DNA from: Macrostomum lignano
Lineage: Eukaryota
Length of the DNA: 64,000 bases
Assembly: GCA_002269645.1 (NCBI GenBank)
Contig: NIVC01003070.1
Location: 1 to 64,000 of the forward strand
Reading direction: 5' to 3'
Positions 49,510-59,519 of this stretch are shown one piece after another. The notes below the pieces were generated by a model. That model saw only the letters and a list, made by a program, of their open reading frames with translations, was not told the origin of the DNA and ran no database searches. The position numbers and the translations under genes were made by a program. Every line of letters starts with the position of its first letter. Position 1 is the first letter of the stretch.

Positions 49510-50465
49510 TTAACTATAGCGAGAAGCATCCAAGCGGCCGAATAAACTGATAGTAGTCGGATTGGCTCTCGTCTCTAAAGCTGAATGAGACATGCCTGTT
49601 TGATTACTGTTAGTCAGTACAGTAGCAGCTCCCTGCGGCTGTGCTGGCACTGTTGCACTGCTTTGGTCCTTGTGAAAAAATTCTTGATAAGCGCTGGTTC
49701 CAGGTCCAAGCTCGTAGTTATCAAACTCTGCCGGGATGTTCACTTCAGCACTCGTGGCTGGTGTTGCAGCGGCTGTGGCAGGTGTTGCAGTTGCAGCGGC
49801 CGTGGCTGGTGTAGCGACTGTCGAATGCCCTGCACCTGCAACAAGGTCAGAATGTTGGTAGTTGAAAAATACCAAATCCGTATTTTCCAACTTTTCGTCC
49901 AACTGAACACATTCCGCCCGGTTTAAATGATGGGGTGATTTAAAATCAAGAGAAAATCTTCCGCGTGCAAATCTGGTTTTGTTTCGCTTGTCACTCTCCA
50001 TTTGCTTCCATGGAATCGGGCCTCTGTTTCCAGCTCTCTTGAAAGCAGTCGTTGCTCTCTCCTGGATTGACCGTCTCAGCTTCTTCACATCACGAAAAGC
50101 GTTGGAAGGTCCAGTAGGTTCAGCTGGAACTGCTGCTTCTGTCGTAGCTTCCATTCGGGCTTAAGAGGCGATTTATTCTCGATAATATTCCTTTCTTTCT
50201 TGATGATATCAGAAAGCTGTTTCACCGCTGCAGTTAATTCCTCTTGAACTCGGGAAGATACTCCATCAGAAACGTAACATTCGGGCTTATCTGTTGGTAT
50301 GGCTGGAGGAATAACGACGCAGAAAGATTTTTGAGCTCGTTTCAAGTCGACCAGAATGCTGCTTTAAAAATCACTCGGACGATCTTTAGCCCTCTGCCTA
50401 AGAGCGTTTTTCTCGTCCTGCGTAAGAGCCGGGTATTCAGCCTTAAGAGCAGGTGTCAATTCTTA
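49510..50465 (-). pseudogene. Decayed coding fragment: HMG-box-like helix followed by a GTF2I-repeat-like domain and a T/A/P-rich tail
   Basis: LKAEYPALTQDEKNALRQRAK; LRRSIQE..A.GNRGPIPWKQM..LDFKSP..LVF. One in-frame stop and one frameshift join ORFs 50085..50345 and 49510..50154. Homology by recall only. Confidence 0.35.
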
Positions 50466-50504
50466 AAGTAATTGTGGGATGTAAGGGATATACAGGCATC
50501 GGAG

Positions 50505-50767
50505 ATTCAGATTCAGACGGACAGACAGACAGACAGACACTAAGACACTAAGACACTAAGACACTAAGACGGAAGGACGGACAGGCAGGCAGACACTAAG
50601 AGATACAGACGGAAGGACGGACAGGCAGAAAGACACTAAGACATGCAGACGGACAGACAGGCACTAAGACATACAGACAGACAGACAGAGAGACAGACAG
50701 ACAGACACTAAGATATACAGACAGGCAAAGAGACAGACAGAAACTAAGACATACAGACAGACAGACA
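50505..50767. repeat. (ACAG)n / AGACACTA microsatellite
   Basis: Direct inspection. Confidence 0.9.
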
Positions 50768-50769
50768 GT

Positions 50770-51350
50770 GTGCTGCGACTGCACAATCACACTCATATTC
50801 GCGCCTGTGTCGCGAATAGACAAGCAGCAGAATGGCTTCAGCCAACTGATTTCCTGCCAATAGGGTAGGCTGGAAGACCAGAGCTATAGCACTAGCAATG
50901 CTCTACCAAGACCTGCTCAGGAGCTTGCGTCTGCTTCTAGCGATGCTTTGCTCTACCAAGACCTGCTCAGGAGATTTGCTTCGCTGTTAACCGGCGCTAG
51001 AGCGCTAGACTTGGAGCTCTCGACAAGTCCTCACGAGGCGGTTCTGAGAAGAAATTCAGACAAACGGCCTGCATGCATTGATATAGAACGCGGAGGGTGG
51101 AGCGTTTGAGCATTCCGTGGCTTGAACATGGAACATCAGCCCGAAAAGTGCGGATAATGATGCACAACAGATATTGATTAAACATGGGGGAGGGTAGCTT
51201 GTACGAAGCGCCGACAGAGCTTCAAGCCACTAGTAAAATAGCATGCCAAATTTGGGCTTGTGCGCACAATGCTGCACAAGGGAAGGGTTCGAATCGGGAC
51301 ACGGGGTCCGCGAAACCCTCAGTCTAAAAATAGAATGACGCATGGGGAGA
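50770..51350. repeat. Second copy of the 22490-23150 dispersed repeat
   Basis: See partner. Confidence 0.88.
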
Positions 51351-51519
51351 GGCTCGGACGGCGGAGGAACGAGAGAGCAAAGGGGAGAGGGTCCAGCGAG
51401 CGAACAAGGGGAGGAGTGCAGCTAACTAGACTTGCGTACACTGAGCGATCGTACGCGGCAGGCCAGGCAACATCAGTACAGGCAAGCACCAAATTTCGGC
51501 GGCTTCCACTAACTAACCC

Positions 51520-52460
51520 TAGGCTAGAAAGACTTCCTAATTTCCTTATGTTAATAAGCCTCATTATGACGACTCGATTGCGCCATATTGTGCAACTTCT
51601 GAGCGCCAAGGAAGGCTGCTTAGAGTGCATGGAGGCGGCAGAACAGTTCCTATTCCAGATACAGCGCAGCGGACAGAAGTGCCTAAGATGTGACTGCGGC
51701 CCTATGCTTGCAGCAGAACGCTGCGGCCACATCACGAACAAGTTTGATCAGATGGCTGTTGTCCAGGAAGTAGAAAATCCGAGCTTGTTGAGATTCTACA
51801 TTGAACCATGGCTTCTGTAACAACTGTGCGCCCATCTGTTTCAGTGTGCAGATGTTAACAGGACAGCAGTCGGAGACAACTGCTCGAACAGTAGCTTTCG
51901 CTGTGATCGTCTGCATAATTAGAAGTTTCTGCTTCTCTGGTGTGTTTCTCGCGCACAATGTCGACGCAACAGGAATCTTCCAGGCACCGACTAAGCTACA
52001 TGCCATGATGGCAACTGCATCTGAAGCCAGAGCTTCTCTGGCATCACTTCGTTATTCGTTACTAGGCCCAAGCTCCTCATAGCTAGTCACACACTTCTTT
52101 TCGTTACTCCAGCATGTCCCCTTCCTTATTGCCATCGCATCGATTAGAAGCACCCAATCGGTATCCGAATGAGACTGGGTACAGATGCTGTGTATTTTGC
52201 TGATCGCAGTTTCCGAAATCCCTGGGTTAGCGTCGACATTGCGCATCCATCTACGTATGGTCGATGCGGCAGGTAGTTTGAGGAATCGCCGGACGAACTT
52301 GTAAGCCTTTGGCGAACAGAAATGCAGCTTTGCTGTGAAGCTACGAAGTGCATGAGTAAATGCTCCTCGCTGAACTTTGCATGCAAACTGAAGCAAATGA
52401 AGTCCATTGTCTGTCAGCAGTGCTTTGATAGTTACGATTTTTCCTAGAAACACATAATTC
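51520..52460 (-). mobile_element. P-element/THAP9-like transposase remnant
   Basis: LHFCSPKAYKFVR..LPAASTIRRW; LLIDAMAIRK (first catalytic D); VVSDCCPVN; DNSHLIKLVR (D-x2-H motif). Frameshift near 52060 and stops. Confidence 0.85.
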
Positions 52461-52776
52461 ACGTAATTTCTTAGAAACCTCGTGATAGCGTGTAGTGCCT
52501 GAGCGGTAAGACACTGTCCAATTTCCTAATTCAATCCGAAAGGTCTGCGTTTTCCGAGGATCAAAGGTGTCCAGCGGTAGCGAATTTATTCCCCTAATGA
52601 ATGCCTAATTTCTTGGCGCCTAATAAGTTTTATTAGCCTGCACGGCTTTCTTGGGGTCTGCACGACCTTAAATTTCCCCTTTTAGTCTCCTATTCTGGGT
52701 CTTCACGACCTTTAAGTTCTCCCTTTCCTGACTCCTAGCTCTGGGTCTCCACGACCTTTAGTTCTCCCCATTCAAG

Positions 52777-52996
52777 CGTCATGTAAAAAAATCATAGAAG
52801 CGTCATGTAAACAATCATAGAAGCGTCATGTAAAAAGCATAGAAGCGTCATGTAGAAAATCATAGAAGCGCCATGAAAAAATCAATAAAGCGTCATGTAA
52901 AAATCAGATTTCATAAGATTTCAAGGATACATGTAGCTTATTAAAAAAACGTGTTTTGCATTTCTTTGGTTCCCCAACGGGGGCGTAGATTGCTAG
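52777..52996 (+). mobile_element. Non-autonomous Helitron 3' portion sharing the 3' terminus of the autonomous element
   Basis: 22-bp minisatellite, then AAGATTTCA..GTAGCTTATTAAAAA..TTGGTTCCCCAACGGGGGCGTAGATTGCTAG, almost identical to the 32677 terminus. Confidence 0.85.
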
Positions 52997-53250
52997 TCCA
53001 ATATACAAAAAATCAAAACTATGTACCTATAGGAACCTTCGCTTAACTTGACTCTACATGATTGGAATTTCGTGGGTTTTTCTGCATTCGATGCGTATTG
53101 AGGGTGCGCTGGTACACAAAACTTTTCTAAGAAGTTGCTTCATTTTTTCGGGCTTAAATATTCGAAAAACTCGATTTTCTCCCTGTTTTTTAAAGTTCAA
53201 ACAGTTCTTTCCGATTGAGAAGCAGTCTGACTGCCGATGGAATTGTATTG
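52997..53250 (+). mobile_element. Non-autonomous Helitron 5' portion fused to the preceding CTAG
   Basis: TCCAATATACAAAAAATCAAAAC start; internal TAAATATTCGAAAAA block shared with the 42127-42454 and 46-47 kb families. Confidence 0.7.
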
Positions 53251-53749
53251 CATCATAACTCAGTGCCAACTATAGCATTGGTTCTCTACACTCGCGTGGA
53301 GAGCTACAAGCGTTGAAAGGTTGCGCAACACATTTTAATTGAGGGGCCAGTGTCGCTATTCAATCATTCATGGGCTGGCTTGGTTGTTAATTTCAATGCA
53401 TCAACTTGCAGGCCTCTCACTGTAGCTAGCGCTGAATGTACACCTTATGAATTTGAATGCTTTAAAGCAGGAATGTTCAATCGTTGTTTGTGCTTCGAGT
53501 TTTTTACTTTCAGAAGACTGCTAGAAATGCTGTACTGCTAGAAAGTGCTTGAAACGCTGAGTTCGGGAATATAATTTCTTTGCTTAGATTCGAAAAATTA
53601 AAAGCACAGCATTAAAAAGAAGATTCCTATGAATTTTACTTTATATACTCATTGTACGCTCTCCAATATCGCAAACTCCTACTTTATCGCAACTCCACAA
53701 TTCAAGCCAGCGCCATTGAATTTAGATTTAGATTGCGTAACCATATTGG

Positions 53750-54990
53750 TGACTTTATAACTTCTCAACATAATTTCCACCCAATTCGGAGCACTTTTGC
53801 AGGCGCTGGAACCATGCATCGAAGCACCGCCTGAGATCAGCTTTGGTGAAGCTGTCCAGCTCAGCTTGCAGCGCAAAAACCAGCTCCTCCCTGGAGTCAA
53901 AGCGCTTCCCCTTCAGATTTTTCTTTATTCTGGGAAAGAGGAAGAAGTTAGCAGGCGCCAGGTCCGGCGAATATGCCGGATGCGGCAGCTGGACGAGCTC
54001 GGTCGCCTGAAGGAACTCCTGGGTCACTCGTGCCCGGTGCGCGGGAGCGTTGTCTTGATGGAGGAAGATGCCTTTGTCAAGCGTCTTCGGCCGCTGTTGT
54101 GCAAGCGCCTGCAGAACCTGAGGCAAACAGACGGTGCTGTACCATTCTGCTGTCACTGTGGCGCCTTGCTGCAGCAGCACTGGCGGCAGGATGCCACTGC
54201 GTCGGAAGAAAACGGCCGCCATCAATTTCCCGACGCTGCGCTCGCGACGAAATTTGAGAGGAGCATCTTCCTCGATGGTAACCCACTGCCGACTCTGCTC
54301 TTTGGTCTCTGGGTCATAGAAGTAGACCCATGTTTCGTCGCTAGTGAGGATGTTATCCACCAACTTTGAGCGGCCTTCGTCAAACCTGGCCGCCATGAGG
54401 TCGGCAAACTCAACTCGGGCTCGCATCTGGTCAGCGCTGAGCTGGTGGGGTACCCAGCGAGCGGACAGCTTCCTCATGCCGAGGTGCTGGTGCAGGATCT
54501 TAATGATGGTGGAATCCGACACCCCGACGAGCTGCTCCAACCAGCGAATCGTCACTCGCCGATCTTCGTCCACGTGGCGTCGAACAGCAGCAACGACTCC
54601 GTCGGACACGGCCGAACTCGGCCGCCCCTCGCGAGGATCGTCGTCCAGAGTGGCCGAGCCACAGCGGAAGCACGCAAACCACTCATACACCATCGACTGG
54701 GATGGTGCTTGATCCTGAAGAGCCTCACGCAGCGTCTGGAGGCAGGTGGCCGCAGAGCTGCCCAGCCGAAACTGTACCAGGATCGCCACTCGCCTGTCGC
54801 GGTCAGTCAGCTGTGGCAAGGGGGCACTTTTTCAGCCAAACTTTGGCCACTGCGGCGGATCATTGCGACCGATTAAGCTGAAATTTTACAAGCAAACGAA
54901 GAACATCCAACCCTAACTGCTGGTCAAGTTTCGTTTAATTGGCGCGTTTTTAAGCTGCATTTTCCGGGAACTTAATAAGCACCCTTCGTA
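53750..54990 (-). mobile_element. Mariner element with 5' TIR only
   Basis: TA|CGAAGGGTGCTTATTAAGTTCCCGG at 54990-54964; no matching copy after the stop codon. Confidence 0.8.
53755..54819 (-). CDS. Mariner transposase, full-length ORF (354 aa), D,D34N
   Basis: HTH region, WVPHQL, TSDETW, HQDNAPAH, YSPDLAPAN; third catalytic Asp is Asn. Confidence 0.93.
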   Translation of the reverse strand: MPQLTDRDRRVAILVQFRLGSSAATCLQTLREALQDQAPSQSMVYEWFACFRCGSATLDDDPREGRPSSAVSDGVVAAVRRHVDEDRRVTIRWLEQLVGVSDSTIIKILHQHLGMRKLSARWVPHQLSADQMRARVEFADLMAARFDEGRSKLVDNILTSDETWVYFYDPETKEQSRQWVTIEEDAPLKFRRERSVGKLMAAVFFRRSGILPPVLLQQGATVTAEWYSTVCLPQVLQALAQQRPKTLDKGIFLHQDNAPAHRARVTQEFLQATELVQLPHPAYSPDLAPANFFLFPRIKKNLKGKRFDSREELVFALQAELDSFTKADLRRCFDAWFQRLQKCSELGGNYVEKL

Positions 54991-55016
54991 GATGACTTCT
55001 TCCCTGAAAATCAGGA

Positions 55017-55430
55017 ATGTCCTCGGGAGGTGAAGGTAAGCGCGGAAGTCACGGTGCAATACGCACATGTCCGCTCTGCTCTTTCAAAGTTCGGGGGGAT
55101 GAAATAGTGCAGCATTGTCAGTCAGTGCATAACCTGAAGTGCGAAATGAGGCTAAAAGCGATCGAATTGTTTACTCTGTATGAGGCTAAAGCCAGTACAA
55201 ATCGCGGAAAAGGAAACCTAGGGATCCTTTTGTGCCCATTTTGCCAATTTGTCAGTGAAGAGTTTGAAAAAACATCTTATTAAGGAGCATCCTACTGAAG
55301 ATAGGAAAAAGCTCCGCGGGAAAGCGTTTGTGGCCCACAGCCGCAAACGATTTCTGGATTACATGGATTACCTGCGTTCTTACATTGCAAGCGGCCAGAC
55401 AGGCCAGCTCGGCCTTGTCTGAGTCGGGAG
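55017..55430 (+). pseudogene. Two-C2H2 fragment with a frameshift
   Basis: CPLC..QHCQSVH and CPFC..(frameshift)KSLKKHLIKEH. Confidence 0.5.
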
Positions 55431-55462
55431 ACCAGGCTAATCCAGTATAATCCTAATCCTGG

Positions 55463-56600
55463 CTAAAGACTGGTGCCCGCAGACAAAGAGTTCTCAGTGT
55501 CTCCATTGGCGTCATTCTCGTCTTCCTTAATAATATCAGCCAGGCTACCGAAGCATGCGTTTCTGTGGCGGTAGAGAAGATCCTTCTTTATGAATTGAAA
55601 GCATCGATGACAGGGAAGAAAACTCGCTGGAGAACTTTCATCGTCCTTTTGTCTCCTTGTAATTATCAATTCACCTTCTCGTTTTGCGAAAACCATTTTA
55701 TTGTGAATATAATTGCCTTCACTTCAAGGGCCTTTAATGCCTCTCTACGAATGGACTCACGGCGGATCTGCTGCAAGCGCTTAACGTCAGATTCTGCTTT
55801 ATGAGCTGTTTTGTAGTGCCGAGAGATTTTTGTCAACATTTTGCCACAATATTTGCAATAATGCAGCTTTGTTGTCTTTTGACAAGCTTTTGCAAAACAA
55901 CACTGCATCCTGCGTCATCCTCAGCCTTTAAGGAAACAGGTAGAGTAATTGAGACACCTTTTTCTTCAATCCGCGCGGAACTAACATTGACATTAGCTGA
56001 AAATGTCACCTGATCACCATCTTCAGCATTCGCAGTTACAAAAATCAGCGAGTTGGGACGGCATTGAATGCGCAGAAAAATCTTGAACCACAGACAAGGC
56101 ATTCATCTGAGGATAAAAATTCGAATTGACTGCAGCAAAATTTTCGTAATTTGAGCAACCAACTACAGCTCCAGCTGAACAATCAGTTCCAGTATTGCTT
56201 TCCAGATGATATGGATCATTATCATTAAAAGCAAAAGCTAGAGCCCCAAAATGTGGCTCACAGCACGACTTCGGATTTGAGACCGGTTGTAATTTGCATC
56301 TTCAGAACAATACACACACCACTGGTGCATAAAACAACTGATCGATTTCGCGACCACTTGGCGGCTGACCAACTGTCTGGCTGAAGCCGGCTGGAGGCTG
56401 CTGTTGAGCAGGCGGAATGGCACTAGCTAGTTCAGCGACAAGGCTTGAACCAGTGGCGTCTGTGCTTGCGGAGACCGCATTCAAGTTCTGCTCAATCCGC
56501 GACGCATCAGCGGAACTCGGCTTCAGAAGCGGTGTGAAAGTTTTGTAGTGTAGACACACCTCATGAACGCAATCATTGACTGAGCAAAGTTTCACATATT
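55463..56600 (-). pseudogene. Zn-binding N-terminal fragment of a transposon-associated (probably tyrosine-recombinase family) protein
   Basis: YCKYCGKMLTKISRHYKTAH..E..V; GELIITRR..FLPCHRCFQFIKKDLLYRHRNAC. Recalled from uncharacterised YR-element proteins of aquatic animals; frameshifted. Confidence 0.5.
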
Positions 56601-57049
56601 CCCAAACTCAAACTTAAGCTACTTAGAAAGCTATTCTGTTTTGTTTATTTAGAGAGAGCTATACTTTGCTGGCTCAACTACAAGAACCATTTTCTAGTCA
56701 CAGACAGTAGCCGCGTTAAAAAACAGACTATTTCCCATTAAGTGCGTCACAATAAATGCCTCTAACATCACATCCCGCACAATGTTGTCCCAATAAGTGC
56801 CCCATATTTGAGCTTTGCTCGTATTTACCAGTGCAATGTGTGTATGTGTTTTTCTGTCCTGTTGATGCTGCTTAAAAATGTGTTCTGTTTTTCTTTCCTA
56901 GTCATGTGTAAATAATAAAGTTAATATGTGCTCTATATATATCTGTTTGTTCTATATCTTTATGCGAATGCAACTTGGCTGCAGAGCGACTGATATTTAT
57001 ACTGATCTGGTAAATGTTTTAGCTAACTCTGCTCCATCATTTGACACAG

Positions 57050-57510
57050 TTGCCCGCTAGGTGCGCCATTTCTCAGAAGGCCGGGACAGCTTCAACGATG
57101 AGCCGAGGTCTGGCTGACCCCGGACATCCGTGGCCGAAGATGTCGTGGCCCGTGCCGATCCAAAAATTCGTGAGGATCGGAGCATTAAGCTGAGATTCCT
57201 TGCCTATGAGCTTGGTGTCAGCTATGGAAGTGCTCATAACATCATGCATGAGCAACTTGGCCGCACAAAGACCTGCGCTCGATGGGTACCCCATCCTCTC
57301 ACTCCAGAGCAGCAAGCAGAGAGGGTGCGCATCTGTCGCTTGTGGGTGCAAATGTTTGAGCCCCACGGCCCACGACGACTGTCGGATGTCGTCACAGGAG
57401 ACGAATGTTTGATCTCCTTTACCATGAAGGATAATCAGGCTGGAAGAAGATGAGCCTAGGCCCGAGGTGCTAAAGACCGGATTCCGCAGTTGGAGGCGGA
57501 TGTTCACCAT
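57050..57510 (+). mobile_element. Second, decayed mariner transposase fragment
   Basis: DEPRSG*PRTS; ARWVPHPLT; VVTGDEC; stops and frameshifts. Confidence 0.85.
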
Positions 57511-57569
57511 TTTTTAAAACTCTCAGGCTGCTGTAGGAGCCTTCTACCTCGCAAGCACCCAATACTGGT

Positions 57570-58150
57570 ATAGCTACCTCGCAAAATTCGCTGACATGCT
57601 TCTAAATAGTGCAAGAACTGCGGGATCCGCGAATGCGCTTGTTGGTAATAAAAGGAGTTGCAAACAATTTGCAGCAAGAGACAGGAACCCAGCTTGAAAA
57701 AACACTTCTGTTTTTCTACTTGTCTTGTACGGCTCACAACTAGCGTCCGTCCTGTCCACTCCTCTCATGCTTTGATAATAGTCCAAAGCTGTCTGTGCCT
57801 TCAGCAGCTGCTGCTCCTGACCGCCTCGCTGAGCCCTTGTAACTTGCACACAGTTGGCCGTGCCAGCACTGTCTAGCATGTAGACGGTTTTTAGACTAGA
57901 GGCTAAGCTCGCCGATCCACTATCTCACGGCAGGCAGATCCCCACGCCTAGAAAAGGTGTTGAATGGTGGGTTCAACACCTGCTGCTTCAATGCAGCTTT
58001 CTTTTTTAATTTGCGTAGCAGCCCTGTCTGCTCTAGCGTTTGTCCAGTCGCACAAGCTTTGCAGAGAACGTATTAAAACTATTGCATTCATGACTGCGAT
58101 AACCAAAAAAAATTGTCTATGTCGAGCATAGAGATGTCTGGATCTCTATG
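57570..58150 (-). mobile_element. piggyBac transposase remnant
   Basis: HLY..DNFF (second D), KTVYMLDS, ALDYYQSMRGVDRTD..Y..SRKT (third D region). Confidence 0.7.
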
Positions 58151-58394
58151 CTTGCAATGTTTTTCTCATTTCAATACGCAGTGAATAAGATGAATATACG
58201 AGGCAATACATGTCTATGGTAAAACTTTTGAATTCGGTTTGTCGATGTAAAGCTCTCACGCTCACACCAATCCTGGCCTGCTTCTGGAAGTGGCTGGTAG
58301 CTATTTTAGCAGACTCCGACAACTCGATCTGCTAGCCATACACAGCTGTGTATGAAGCTAGAATTATAATGCAAGCAACTTATACGTATAAGAT

Positions 58395-58564
58395 AATACA
58401 TCCCTCAACTCTATGTGTCATCTCACTTAAATTCCTGCGGCCGAGCCTGCGGCCCCTGCGGCCGAGCCTGCGGCCCCTGCGGCCGAGCCTGCGGCCCGAG
58501 CCTGCGGCCCTCGGGGCTTAAATAAATACATCCCTCAACTCTATGTGTCATCTCACTTAAATTC
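58395..58564. repeat. 40-bp direct repeats flanking a 90-bp GC-rich tandem insert
   Basis: Identical 40-mers at 58395-58434 and 58525-58564; between them (CTGCGGCCGAGCCTGCGGCCC)x3 plus a partial copy. Confidence 0.92.
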
Positions 58565-58764
58565 ATGCGCTAAAAATACAACCCGCTAATTTATATAACA
58601 GCTAGTAAAAATTCTCCGGGTTGTATGTAATTACAACCCGCAAATTGGCCATAGACATCAATACTGTATTGGGGGTGTATTCTATACCATAGACATATTT
58701 TATAAAGACAGACAGAGGACAGATAAATAGCTGGAAAGCCTCACTCCATAACAATCGTCCTCGA

Positions 58765-59105
58765 ATCGTCCAATTGGCAAAAACACCCTGGCAAAGTTTC
58801 TGCATGAAATGTGCACTGAAGCCGAGATTTCTGGCCACAAGACTAATCATAGTCTACGCGCTACGTGTGCTACACGTCTTTACCAAGCTGGCGTTGAAGA
58901 ACAGCAAATAATGGAACGAACAGGCCACCGAAGTTTGGCTGGAGTCCGCACGTACAAGCGGACGTCCGACATTCAAATAGCCAATTCCTGCGCTGTATTG
59001 GACGCTAAAATACTACGTGAGGCTGAGACAGACGCAGCTAGCGTCCGCGGTGAGCGTCAGCTGAATTTCAGTTTTAATAACTGCTCAGTCATCATCAAAA
59101 ATTGA
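58765..59105 (+). mobile_element. Crypton-like (DUF3504-type) tyrosine recombinase C-terminal fragment
   Basis: RPIGKNTL..M; TNHSLRAT.ATRL..GV.EQQIM..TGHRS..VRTY (H-x-x-R, H and Y catalytic residues present); 5' part missing. Confidence 0.88.
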
Positions 59106-59519
59106 TTACAAGCATGCAATGAACCCAACTGTTAGTAACTAAAAACTGATTAACCTTAAGCCGAAACTAACCAACTAATCTAAGTAAACTAAGCTACTTT
59201 GCTGCCTACTAATAAGACCCGAAATTTTCTTTTTCCAGTTAGTTATATTCATAATCTCGTTTTTTGTCATCCAGAATGAAATATAAAATATACAACCCGA
59301 AAAATACAAATTCTAGCTCGGTGTTTTGTGTCTATGGTAAAAATACATCCCGGAAAAGAGCTTCGCAGGGATTTAACGATATTTTCACCCCATCACACTA
59401 CTTCCTACTGATGCCTACTAATGTTTCCATTTTTTGACAGCCCTATGAGAGGGAGTGGGGTGAAAACTTGATCTGGCAGAATTTTTCAGCTTTTACATCT
59501 ATAGCAGCAGAGCTGCTAC

